From positions 27,724 to 91,723 of IMG/VR virus record IMGVR_UViG_3300029288_000007: DNA of 64,000 bases; one strand, 5' to 3'. Position numbers and translations under genes: made by a program. The first letter of the stretch is position 1; each line of letters opens with the position of its first letter. Source of the DNA: a virus. Its lineage: Duplodnaviria > Caudoviricetes. Shown here piece after piece: positions 19,206-28,613 of this stretch. The notes below the pieces were generated by a model. That model saw nothing but the letters and a program-made list of their open reading frames with translations, was not told the DNA's origin and ran no database searches.

Positions 19206-19712
19206 TCATCCCCTCTTTATTTTTGACCTTAAAATAAGGTCTGCTTTTTCAGATTCTTCATTGATATTATGAACAGACTCCCGATATTGTTCTTTATACC
19301 CATCTGGCATATCTTTGCCAATTTTTTTATCCTTTGACAATTCTTCAAGAGACTTGCCTTTTTCAACCAAAGACCATTTTATTCCGCTTAATATGTTCAC
19401 ACGTTCTTCGGCAATAATCAACCTTGCTGAAACATCTCTATATCTTGGGTCAGCGTGAACTTCCACGTCGCATCTTGTATCTGAGGGAGCTTTCCCGTTT
19501 TCTGTTAATTTCACCCGGGCCTCTTTAAATAAAACGGCCTTTAAAACCTTCTTCTCAAGCCAAATCTCATCTTTTTTTCTTAATTCCCGAGCGAATTGTT
19601 CACACCAATAATTGTAATTCGCAGGCCTTTTTGCCCATTCAGCATCAAGATTATTTCTGTTGATATTTACATCTTCTTGACAATTAAAAACGTTTTCCAT
19701 TCCGTCCGACAT
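19206..19712 (-). CDS. UvsY-like recombination mediator
   Basis: DVNINRNNLDAEW..P..Y, all-helical; position upstream of SSB and RecA. Confidence 0.6.
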   Translation of the reverse strand: MSDGMENVFNCQEDVNINRNNLDAEWAKRPANYNYWCEQFARELRKKDEIWLEKKVLKAVLFKEARVKLTENGKAPSDTRCDVEVHADPRYRDVSARLIIAEERVNILSGIKWSLVEKGKSLEELSKDKKIGKDMPDGYKEQYRESVHNINEESEKADLILRSKIKRG

Positions 19713-19734
19713 TTAAAATTCCTTCCTTAAATTT

Positions 19735-19768
19735 ATTATACTCCCTTTTCCTAATTTCCATCGAAATT
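19735..19768 (-). promoter_or_regulatory. putative phage promoter (GGAGTATAAT family)
   Basis: AATTTCGA...GGGAGTATAAT. Confidence 0.62.
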
Positions 19769-20678
19769 AAGTGACGCTGTAAAAACAATCTTTTGTCAGC
19801 CCGGCCTTGCCAATATACATGTATGAATCCTGAAAGTTTTTAATTAAACCTGCGGCAAGTTCCATATTTTTTGGGTTCGCCGACAACAATACAGAATTCA
19901 TATATCCCAATATTGCCATTCTTACCCTTTCAGGGTCATCTTTCAAGGCTTTTAATATAACAGCAACTTCCGACCATTTCCGCTGGTCTAAAAGAGCGCG
20001 GCATAAATCTATTACTTCTTTGTGAACAGCAGACCGAATCAAAGAGATTGCGTCTTCATCATTTTCAACACCGCGAACAGTATCAAGAGTCACCAATATT
20101 TCTCTTGGAATTCCCTCGCAACTTTCAACAATTGTTTGCCTCACCGTTGGGGAAACCTTGAACCCTTCTTCGTGACAGACCCATTTGATAAGAAATTTCT
20201 GTTCGTCTTCAGTTAATGGCTGAACCTCATAACATTTACAACGGCTCTTCATTGTTGCAGAAACCTTTTGCAACTCAGTAGTGCAAAGGACAAAATAACA
20301 ATGTTGAGGCGGATTTTCCAAAGTCTTTAAAAGGGAGTCCGATGCCGCGCCGCTCAACCGATGACATTCGTCAATAATATAAATTTTAAATTTGCCTCCC
20401 AAAGGAGAATACTGAGCGGCCTCCTTAATCGCCCGGGCATTATCAATGCCTGTATTATCTGCCGCGTCAATCTCACAAAAATCAATTGGAGCAACATTAA
20501 TGTGATTGCCTATCAATCGAGCAATCGTTGTTTTGCCGCATCCTCTCGGGCCGTAAAACAAAAACGTTCTTGACCTTGGAATTGCCGCCAACAAAGATTC
20601 CTTTAAAACCCGATATCCTATCAATTCGTCAAACGTTTTCGGTCTGTACTTTAAATGAAGCTCAACTCTTTCCGCCAT
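19767..20678 (-). CDS. clamp loader (DnaX gamma/tau-like AAA+)
   Basis: KYRPKTFDE, GPRGCGKTT, IIDECH, LLKTLENPP, SRC. Confidence 0.92.
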   Translation of the reverse strand: MAERVELHLKYRPKTFDELIGYRVLKESLLAAIPRSRTFLFYGPRGCGKTTIARLIGNHINVAPIDFCEIDAADNTGIDNARAIKEAAQYSPLGGKFKIYIIDECHRLSGAASDSLLKTLENPPQHCYFVLCTTELQKVSATMKSRCKCYEVQPLTEDEQKFLIKWVCHEEGFKVSPTVRQTIVESCEGIPREILVTLDTVRGVENDEDAISLIRSAVHKEVIDLCRALLDQRKWSEVAVILKALKDDPERVRMAILGYMNSVLLSANPKNMELAAGLIKNFQDSYMYIGKAGLTKDCFYSVT

Positions 20679-23600
20679 TATTTGAATCCTCCCATTGATT
20701 TTATTTTATCTGCAAAACTTCTTATCCCTTCTTCAAAAAGCATTTTATTTTCTGGACGATGCAATACAGCAGAAGGATGCAATCCCCAACAAACCCAAAT
20801 GCCTTTGTTTTCAATCCACTCCATTGAACCAGACAATTTTGTAATTCCTCCATCAATCCCCTTAAAATATTTTAAGGGAGTATTGCCCAAGGCCAAACAC
20901 AACCTCGCATTTGCATTCTTAATCTCTGCATCAAGCCATTTTGAACAAGCTGAAATATGCTCTGCTTTCGGAGTCCTAATATTCCCGGGATAACATTTGC
21001 AAGTATTTGTGACATGGAATTGTCGCCGGGTCAAACCGTATTTAAACAATTCCTTCCATAACAAATCGCCTGCTTTGCCAACAAAACCTTTTCCTTCTTC
21101 ATTTTCGTCCCTCCCCGGAGCTTCTCCAATTATAAAAACATTATAAATTCCGCAAGAGGGCAAAACCGGCTGTTTTGCTTCTGTTCTTAATTGACAATCC
21201 TTGCAATATAAATTTTCAGGATTTCTCCACCGCTTTTGAATAAAATAACATTCTTTTTCTTTTTGTTCTTTATTTGTTATTGTAGAAACATCAAAAGAAA
21301 AATATTTTGAAATATCATCTTTTGGAGGAGACCCATCTGCGCCAATTGCTTCCATCAACTTTCCTATTTTCCCTGTTGGTTTTGCTTTGCCTAAATCAAA
21401 AAAAGCATCAGCGGCAGGTTGCTTATATTTCGAACAGTCTTCCGCCGTTTTTTCGCCAATCCCCTTTACTTCAATAAAAGGAACATAAATATTCCCGTCT
21501 TTAACAGTCCATACTTTCGCGTCTGACACGCCAATCCGGGGCAAAACAACATTCAATCCAACTCTTTGGGCCTCTTTAACAATTTCTTCTTTTTTTTCTG
21601 CTGCAACAAACGTCAAATTGGCACATAAAAATTCAGCCGGGAAATATAATTTCAGCCAAGCGCACCAATATGAAATCATTGCGTATTCAACAGAATGAGA
21701 TTTATTAAAAGAATACCTAGCATGATTCTGAAGCGCCTCCCAAAACTCATCTGCTTCTTCCTTGGAAAACGTTTTGCTCTTTAAACAACCTTCAACAAAG
21801 GCATCCTTGTATGGTTTAAATTCCTTCGCGTCCCTTTTCTTCCCTATGATTTTTCTAATTTTATCGGCGGTGGAATAAGGCAAACCGGCGACAAGATTTA
21901 TAACCTGCATTACCTGTTCCTGATAAACTATAATCCCAAAGGTGTCTTTTGTTATTTCTTCATAAATGGGGTGCTTCTTTTTCCATTTAGTCCCATGCTT
22001 GCGCTTTATAAAATCGGCCGTCATTCCGCTGTCATAAGGGCCAGGCCTTACCAAAGCGACAACGTCCCCCATAGATTCAAAACTTTCAATTCCAATTTGT
22101 TTGACCAATTTTGTTGTTGCCCAAGTATTAAATTGGAAAACGCCAACCGTTTCTCCTCTTGATAACATTTCAAAAACTTGTTTATTATTCAAATCAATAG
22201 ACTCAAAACAAATTTCCTTATTGTGATTCTTTTTAATTAATCGTTTGGCCTCATTCAATATCGACAAAGTGCTCAATCCAAGGATATCCAATTTCATCAA
22301 ACCCATATATTCAGCATCGTCCTTACTCCAATTAACAACTTCTTGGTCCGATCGCACAGCAAGATTTCCCCTTGTCCCTTGAGTCAAATCCTCTGCGGAA
22401 ACAATAAGCGCGGCGGCATGTTGACTACAACCGCGAATTTGACCTTCCAGTCTTATTGCATAATCAACAACAGAAGGGTATTTTTTCGAAAAGGCCGCGC
22501 CTTCCTTTGTTTCCTTGGCAGCCTGCTCAACAGAATTGTTTTCATTATCTTCATCAAATATGGCTTTTGCAAATTCATCCACATCTTTATAAGGAACATC
22601 GAAAACTCTTGAAACGTCCCGTATCACCGCCCGGCCCTTCATTTTCATAAAAGTAGAAACTGAAGCAATATTGTTCTTGCCGTATAATTCTTCCAAGTGT
22701 TGCCTTATCAACGGACGCTTAACATCTTCAAAGTCAATATCCACATCAGGATAATCAATGCGGTTTTCATCAATAAAACGCGAAAAAAGGAGATTATATT
22801 TAATTGGGTCAACATTTGTTATCCCTATAAGATAAGCTATCAAGCTGCCGCCAACAGAACCTCGGCCCGGGCCGGTCATAATATCGTTCTTTTTGCACCA
22901 CTGGATAAGCTCATGAACCAATAAAAAATAACGAACAAATTTCTTATTGCAAATCAATTCAAACTCTTCCTTGCAACGGTCATAATATTGACCTGACAAC
23001 GGCCCGCAAAATATTTTTTTGTAGCCATCTTCAAAAAGAAATTCCAAATGAGCTTCTTCTGCAACAGAAGAATCCAGTCCTGATATTTTAGGAAGCCAAA
23101 CATCCTTTCTTTTAATTTCAAAAGAAGAACACTTTTCCGCAACTTCCATTGTATTCCTCAATGCCATTAACCGGGCCGCTTTTGTTAATTGCCCCTGCTC
23201 CAAAAAGGCTTGAGCCATTTCTTCCTCTGAACGCAGATGCAAACCGCCAATTTCAAATTTGAATCGGTCTTTCTCGTTCCATTTTGCCTTGGTTTGTATT
23301 GCTAAAAGAACCTCATGTAAATTAGCATCTTCTGATTTAATATAATGACAATCGTTTGTGGCAACTAAAGGAAAATCAAATTCGTCTTTCCAATCAAGAC
23401 AAATTTTATTAATAATTTTTTGTTGCTCATAATCATGAGGCATTATTTCCAAATAAAAGTCATCTGGATTTTTCTGATTCAATTGGATTAAAAAATCCCG
23501 GCCATTTTGCAAGGCCAAAGGACTTTTCGAACACCCAGTCAAAAAAACTAATCCTTCAGAAAATTCAAGGATGGTTTTGAAATCGGTTCTCGGCCTGTAA

Positions 23601-23932
23601 TAAAAACCTTGTAAATTTGCCCTTGTCAATATTCTACAAAGATTTTGAAAACCAATATCATTTTTTATCAAGGCCGTCATATGGAAACGACGCTCAATCT
23701 TATCTTTGATTAAGCAATCCGGGACAACATAAAGCTCGCAACCAAAAACTGGTTTAATGCCCGCTTTCTTCGCCGCAGATTGAAAATCTAAAAAGCCATC
23801 TATATTTCCATGATTCGTAAGCGCCAAATGAGATTGTCCCAACTCTTTTGCGCGCTTTAAATAATCTTCTGCCTTACCAAAACCATCAAGAATAGAAAAC
23901 TCATTATGAACGTGAAGATGACAAATCATCAA
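20678..23932 (-). CDS. dnaE: DNA polymerase III alpha (DnaE-type) with C-terminal family-4 uracil-DNA glycosylase domain
   Basis: PHP HLHVH, GRGS, PDVDID, KLDILGL, YSFNKSH; then CKDC, GEAPG, FVGKAG, TNTCKC, HPS. Confidence 0.92.
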   Translation of the reverse strand: MMICHLHVHNEFSILDGFGKAEDYLKRAKELGQSHLALTNHGNIDGFLDFQSAAKKAGIKPVFGCELYVVPDCLIKDKIERRFHMTALIKNDIGFQNLCRILTRANLQGFYYRPRTDFKTILEFSEGLVFLTGCSKSPLALQNGRDFLIQLNQKNPDDFYLEIMPHDYEQQKIINKICLDWKDEFDFPLVATNDCHYIKSEDANLHEVLLAIQTKAKWNEKDRFKFEIGGLHLRSEEEMAQAFLEQGQLTKAARLMALRNTMEVAEKCSSFEIKRKDVWLPKISGLDSSVAEEAHLEFLFEDGYKKIFCGPLSGQYYDRCKEEFELICNKKFVRYFLLVHELIQWCKKNDIMTGPGRGSVGGSLIAYLIGITNVDPIKYNLLFSRFIDENRIDYPDVDIDFEDVKRPLIRQHLEELYGKNNIASVSTFMKMKGRAVIRDVSRVFDVPYKDVDEFAKAIFDEDNENNSVEQAAKETKEGAAFSKKYPSVVDYAIRLEGQIRGCSQHAAALIVSAEDLTQGTRGNLAVRSDQEVVNWSKDDAEYMGLMKLDILGLSTLSILNEAKRLIKKNHNKEICFESIDLNNKQVFEMLSRGETVGVFQFNTWATTKLVKQIGIESFESMGDVVALVRPGPYDSGMTADFIKRKHGTKWKKKHPIYEEITKDTFGIIVYQEQVMQVINLVAGLPYSTADKIRKIIGKKRDAKEFKPYKDAFVEGCLKSKTFSKEEADEFWEALQNHARYSFNKSHSVEYAMISYWCAWLKLYFPAEFLCANLTFVAAEKKEEIVKEAQRVGLNVVLPRIGVSDAKVWTVKDGNIYVPFIEVKGIGEKTAEDCSKYKQPAADAFFDLGKAKPTGKIGKLMEAIGADGSPPKDDISKYFSFDVSTITNKEQKEKECYFIQKRWRNPENLYCKDCQLRTEAKQPVLPSCGIYNVFIIGEAPGRDENEEGKGFVGKAGDLLWKELFKYGLTRRQFHVTNTCKCYPGNIRTPKAEHISACSKWLDAEIKNANARLCLALGNTPLKYFKGIDGGITKLSGSMEWIENKGIWVCWGLHPSAVLHRPENKMLFEEGIRSFADKIKSMGGFK

Positions 23933-23942
23933 GAATCTCCTT

Positions 23943-24986
23943 TTAAACGACCAGGGCTAAAATGCTTTCAAAATCGCCTTCTTTTATTAACAGATAACGA
24001 TTTTCCTTCAAATAAAAATCCCGGCCCAGCGACAACATTCTGTTTAAGAGCTTCGGATTGATTTTTAAAGTAACGTTTTTTGGGAAAGACCATTTGTCGT
24101 CCTTCAAAATTTTCTCTTTTATTTCTCCGTATTGTTTGGCGCCGGTGACCAATAAATTATCTTTGGCATCCAAAGTTAAATCAATATATTCGGATCCCTC
24201 ATTTGAGAATGTCAAAATTGAAGCCATCTCGATAGACTGAGATAACTTCTCCGGGAAAGAATATTTCTCTCCAAGAACAGATGGGTCAACCGAACAAAAC
24301 TCCCTGATTGCCTGGCGAGGGAAATCAATCTTGACTTGCCGCATGCTAAATTGCAACCCTGTCTTTGACTTGAAATGAATCCAGGCTTCTCCAACCGAAA
24401 ATTCATCAACGTCTTCAAACTTTATCAACTCTGTAACCGCGCCGATGGGTAATACTATTTCCTTTTTGAGAGAACGGACTTCCATTGAGTAAAACCCGGC
24501 CCTGAATCTGTCGCTGGCTGCTAATCCATCCCGGGCAACCGAAACGCCGCAAAGAGAAGAATATGCCTTATCTGTTGTGGCAAAGCTGGAAGTAAGGCGC
24601 AAAGCACTGATAAAATTCGCCGGGAGTTTGACCCATTTAATCCCGTCCAAAGCAAGATTATCAACCAAAGCAAGAATGGAAGAACTGTCTGACGAAACCA
24701 TTTTCAAGGTGGTTTTGCCTCCTGACAATTGTAACTTGCCGTCATCCAGCATAATCATCTTGATTTCATCACTTTCAATCCGGGAAACAACTTTGAAAAA
24801 TTCCTGCGCCTTAACCAAACATTTGATTCCTGAATCAAAAGGATAACTGGCCGAAATTTCATTGTTAAACGTTTTGACCCATTTATCATCAAACATAAAA
24901 GAATCAGCTCCTTCAAGAAGGGCATTCTTTTCTTCCACGCCAGGCATAACTTTTCTCAAAGCTTCCAACAATTCAGTTCTCTTCAT
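23943..24986 (-). CDS. beta sliding clamp (DnaN-like)
   Basis: 347 aa, ASDRFR motif, adjacent to DnaE and clamp loader. Confidence 0.78.
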   Translation of the reverse strand: MKRTELLEALRKVMPGVEEKNALLEGADSFMFDDKWVKTFNNEISASYPFDSGIKCLVKAQEFFKVVSRIESDEIKMIMLDDGKLQLSGGKTTLKMVSSDSSSILALVDNLALDGIKWVKLPANFISALRLTSSFATTDKAYSSLCGVSVARDGLAASDRFRAGFYSMEVRSLKKEIVLPIGAVTELIKFEDVDEFSVGEAWIHFKSKTGLQFSMRQVKIDFPRQAIREFCSVDPSVLGEKYSFPEKLSQSIEMASILTFSNEGSEYIDLTLDAKDNLLVTGAKQYGEIKEKILKDDKWSFPKNVTLKINPKLLNRMLSLGRDFYLKENRYLLIKEGDFESILALVV

Positions 24987-25014
24987 AATATTTCTCCTTC
25001 AGTAAAATTTTAAA

Positions 25015-26475
25015 TTATTTTATAACTTCCCCAACAAATTTCTTAGAAAAATTCTTATCCCAATCCCGGTATTCATAAACAACATCTTGATTTTGGTCAA
25101 CCCCAACCGGGTGCATCACGCCGGCAAAATAAATATAAGGACTCCGAGGATGATATGGGTCATTCCACTTGTTGCGCATAGCATCGCCAAAGGTAAAATA
25201 CTTGCGGACTCTTTTGGAATGCCAACCGCCACAATTGTACATTTCGACCGCCTTAACCTTATGGGCCCATTCTGGAGCCCAATCCAAATAATTTACTTGG
25301 CGACGAATGCCTCTGTCAAAATCCCTTTTCATTTCATAAACAACATTTGTCAATTGACGGCGACTCCAATGCCCAAAAATTGGGTCATCTGGCAAAATGC
25401 CGCAGCAACAACCGGTATCGTTGAATTCTTTGAAATGAGGGTCGCTACAAGCAAAAACCATTCCCAGTTTATGAGCATAATCTCTGACTTTCGCGGTCAT
25501 GTCAAATTTGTAATCTCGACTCCCTCGACGACATGCCTCAACAGACTTGCTCATCGCATTCCATTTGTCCCCAAACTTGACGTCCCCCATTGCCTTAAAC
25601 ATATGGTGATACATTATCTTCTGTCGCGTTGTTGGCGCTGATTCCAAAAAGATAAATTCAAAGCTTACTGCTTTTGCCCCGGCGTCAGCCGCCTTGTCCA
25701 ACAACCTTTTCCATCCGTTGTTATAATCGGACAACCCGGGCAAGAAGGGCCGGAAACGCACGCTACAAGGGTGACCAGCCTTTGAATAAGCTTTCATTGC
25801 GGCAAAACGTTCCGTTGCGTTCGGCGCTCCGACATCAACCGATGTCAACAAATCGTCATCTGCAGAAATGATACTAAAAGCGAACCAAAATTTTTCAGGA
25901 GTCAAATGAAACAAATCTCGGTATTGTTTAAGCATCATCGTCCTTGCTCCTTTTGTTCCTACTCGAACAGGAACATTATATTTCTGGAACAAAGGAATTG
26001 CCTTTAACAACCACCCACGATGACTTTCAATTTCGTCCAAAGGATCTCCAAGAGCGCCAAGTTGAACTGGACAACCTTGATTTAACAAAGGATACATTGT
26101 TTTCGCAATGCCTCCAAGTTCGCGATTCAAAAACTTCTCCAAATGGCCAATCTTCCATTCAGAATACAACGTCCCTTTTTCAAACAACTTCCTGATTTTA
26201 TCAGGATTACGGTCAGGCGCTCGCATAAGGTTATTGGCAAAACAATAACTGCAACCGTAACTGCAACCTGAATGGCTGTCAATAGAAATGGGTAATGCGC
26301 AATCCATTGCGTCACTTGTAAAACGCACTCCGTTATAGTCGTCCGGCATTGGCATGTTCAAAATTTCTTCCCGGCGCTCATCAGAGACATAAGGAAGGCA
26401 TACTCCCTTCTCGCACAATTCGGCCATCCTTGAAGGACAACCTTTACAAACATAATGCAATTCTTTATTATTCAT
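25015..26475 (-). CDS. radical SAM enzyme, SPL-like (paralog 3)
   Basis: CSYGCSYC, LGALGDP, GTK, GAPNATERF, RFRPFLPG, C-terminal CCC; extra N-terminal Cys cluster. Confidence 0.88.
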   Translation of the reverse strand: MNNKELHYVCKGCPSRMAELCEKGVCLPYVSDERREEILNMPMPDDYNGVRFTSDAMDCALPISIDSHSGCSYGCSYCFANNLMRAPDRNPDKIRKLFEKGTLYSEWKIGHLEKFLNRELGGIAKTMYPLLNQGCPVQLGALGDPLDEIESHRGWLLKAIPLFQKYNVPVRVGTKGARTMMLKQYRDLFHLTPEKFWFAFSIISADDDLLTSVDVGAPNATERFAAMKAYSKAGHPCSVRFRPFLPGLSDYNNGWKRLLDKAADAGAKAVSFEFIFLESAPTTRQKIMYHHMFKAMGDVKFGDKWNAMSKSVEACRRGSRDYKFDMTAKVRDYAHKLGMVFACSDPHFKEFNDTGCCCGILPDDPIFGHWSRRQLTNVVYEMKRDFDRGIRRQVNYLDWAPEWAHKVKAVEMYNCGGWHSKRVRKYFTFGDAMRNKWNDPYHPRSPYIYFAGVMHPVGVDQNQDVVYEYRDWDKNFSKKFVGEVIK

Positions 26476-26729
26476 TTGTCTGCCTTTCTAATCAATTCCG
26501 CCAGCGCGACAGAATTCATATCTGGATGAGATTTAACATGAGGATTTGACTTTGACAACTTTGATAGAACCAAATCATAATCCTTTTCATCGTCGAAATA
26601 AAAAATCAAAAACTTGCGCAACCCATTATCTGTTTTGCCTTGAATATCAGCAGGAAACGAAAAAAGGCCCGATTGCGCTTTCACATTTTTTTCGCCGTTG
26701 TCTATACCAGAATAATCATCTTTTGCCAT
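26472..26729 (-). CDS. hypothetical protein (QSGLF clamp-binding-like motif)
   Basis: 85 aa, GGAGGAG SD, ATGA-coupled to radical SAM gene. Confidence 0.65.
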   Translation of the reverse strand: MAKDDYSGIDNGEKNVKAQSGLFSFPADIQGKTDNGLRKFLIFYFDDEKDYDLVLSKLSKSNPHVKSHPDMNSVALAELIRKADK

Positions 26730-26745
26730 AACTCCTCCAAATTAT

Positions 26746-27507
26746 TTATTCCCAAGAATAAATTTTATTTATTTTGACTGGATTCAATTTTGTTTTGAAA
26801 CGATATAAATTTTCATCATCCAAACAACCACCGTCGTTGACCAATTTATTCTTATTTAAAATTTCCGGGTCAGTATAAAAAAGAAGTCTCATATATTCGC
26901 TTAAAAATTGCCCGGGTTTACAAAAGCAATATCGGAAATTGACATACATATAGTTCTCATCCCAAATATTCAACCCATAAATATTGCCGTACTGGTCCAA
27001 TAAAACTTTTCCATTCTCGCATTCGTTCAAGTAATTCAAAATAACTTTATCATCATAAATTACAACATCGTCCGGTTTGCCTTCCAACCACTGGCAAAGG
27101 ATATCTGGCAACGCGACAATTAAATTGCCATCGGTCTGTTTAAGATTAATATAACTCATTTTTTTATCAGGATTCCGATTGACAAATTTGCGGGAATTTT
27201 TTCTGAAGGTCTGAAAATCTCCTCCAGATAAATCAGAAAAGCGCTTTGGGTCGTAAATAAAATTATAATCCAAAAACTTTCCTTCCTTGCTCCCAAGACC
27301 GGCCCATGCTCCCGTGGACAATTTAAACATTTCTCCAGTCGCAAAATCAATCAAAGGCAACATCAAAAAGCCATCTCCATCTAAAACGCCAACAAGGCCG
27401 CCTTCTTCAAGATTTTCCCAACCGGCCTTCTCAAAATATTCCTCAGAACACCAGAAATTTGGCTCAATATTAAGCTTTTGGAGAGTCTCAAGATATTTAT
27501 TTCCCAT
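26746..27507 (-). CDS. DUF2156/MprF-C-like GNAT-fold protein (putative aminoacyl-tRNA-dependent transferase)
   Basis: NFIYDPKRFSDLSGGDFQTFRKNSRKF and VNDGGCLDDENLYRFKTKLNP match my recollection of the DUF2156 pattern DYIY..L..L.G.K....RN..N.F / N...DLG..GLR..K..Y.P. Confidence 0.62.
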   Translation of the reverse strand: MGNKYLETLQKLNIEPNFWCSEEYFEKAGWENLEEGGLVGVLDGDGFLMLPLIDFATGEMFKLSTGAWAGLGSKEGKFLDYNFIYDPKRFSDLSGGDFQTFRKNSRKFVNRNPDKKMSYINLKQTDGNLIVALPDILCQWLEGKPDDVVIYDDKVILNYLNECENGKVLLDQYGNIYGLNIWDENYMYVNFRYCFCKPGQFLSEYMRLLFYTDPEILNKNKLVNDGGCLDDENLYRFKTKLNPVKINKIYSWE

Positions 27508-27628
27508 CTAAATCCAATCCCTTTTGGCCGTCTGATTTTCTTATTGCGTTCCTTTTTGCCTTGCCGCTTTTAATTCTGTCAATCAACTTCTTTGACACTT
27601 GGCCGCCTTTTCTTGATTTGCCGCCCAT
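27497..27628 (-). CDS. 43-aa basic Gly/Lys/Arg peptide (not in ORF track)
   Basis: MGGKSRKGGQVSKKLIDRIKSGKAKRNAIRKSDGQKGLDLDGK, GGAGG SD, overlaps next start. Confidence 0.6.
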   Translation of the reverse strand: MGGKSRKGGQVSKKLIDRIKSGKAKRNAIRKSDGQKGLDLDGK

Positions 27629-27673
27629 TTTTATTTCCTCCATATTTTGATTGAGCCAGATATTGCCCGGCCC

Positions 27674-28384
27674 TTATTGGACAACTTTGAAATCTCCCAT
27701 TTCGTCAAATAAGCACCAACTCAAAATTCCTGTTAGTCCGGTAATCTTTCCCTTCACAATAAAATAATTCATTTCCGGGACAAAAGAAAAGGTCAACTCC
27801 CTGTCATAACTGAAAAGGGCATCAAGGTCAACCGTTCTCAGGCCCATCGGAGAAAACGGAGCCAACTTGTCAACATCAATTAAGTCAAGCCCGGCTTTAT
27901 CCTTTGTAATTTCTATTACTGTTCCGGAAAAAATATCCCTTTGAATTACTTTGAGACCATTATCATAATGTATTTCCACATGGGACAAATCGTCTTGTAG
28001 AAGTCCCATTATTTCTCTGCGCAATGTGAAAATTGACGTCGTTTTCTTCCGACTGTAACGATAATACATCGTGGAGATTGAATCAAAATCTAACGACTTA
28101 TTTGACCCGCATTTCTTTTTACGAACATAGCCATCTGCCGTCGTTTTAAAAACGACAGAACCTCCCTCAACATAAAAATTCGAGGAATCATAATCATTCG
28201 CGTCAAAAACAATTTTTTCCTTGAACTCCGGGCAAACTTTCGGCAACACAAAACTCAACAAAATTGTTTTGTCAAAATTAACAATAAAAATTTCCCTTTC
28301 GTTACAAAGAATTGTATTCTTCATTTTCCCGGCCTGGTCCAACGATGCGGCATATTGAAAAATATTTTCAAGTTCCTTTTCCAT
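27674..28384 (-). CDS. hypothetical alpha/beta protein (possibly clamp-like)
   Basis: 236 aa within the radical SAM cassette. Confidence 0.65.
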   Translation of the reverse strand: MEKELENIFQYAASLDQAGKMKNTILCNEREIFIVNFDKTILLSFVLPKVCPEFKEKIVFDANDYDSSNFYVEGGSVVFKTTADGYVRKKKCGSNKSLDFDSISTMYYRYSRKKTTSIFTLRREIMGLLQDDLSHVEIHYDNGLKVIQRDIFSGTVIEITKDKAGLDLIDVDKLAPFSPMGLRTVDLDALFSYDRELTFSFVPEMNYFIVKGKITGLTGILSWCLFDEMGDFKVVQ

Positions 28385-28613
28385 CTTCCTTCTCCCTTTT
28401 TCTTCTATTTTCTTCCATTTTTTTATTATGACAAGGAATACAAAGATTTCGCCCTTCGCAATCCTCTAATGTTTTTGCTTTTGCGTAAAATTCATTCACT
28501 GGTTTCACTTTCCCGCAAGAACCTTTCCCCGTGCACTCCTTCTGGGCAATGCCGCCCGGGTACAAAATACAATCCAAAGGAGCAGGCTTAATAAAATTCT
28601 TTTTCTCCGTCAT
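28368..28613 (-). CDS. small zinc-finger protein
   Basis: KEC..CGKVKPVNEFY...CIPC. Confidence 0.6.
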   Translation of the reverse strand: MTEKKNFIKPAPLDCILYPGGIAQKECTGKGSCGKVKPVNEFYAKAKTLEDCEGRNLCIPCHNKKMEENRRKREKEDGKGT

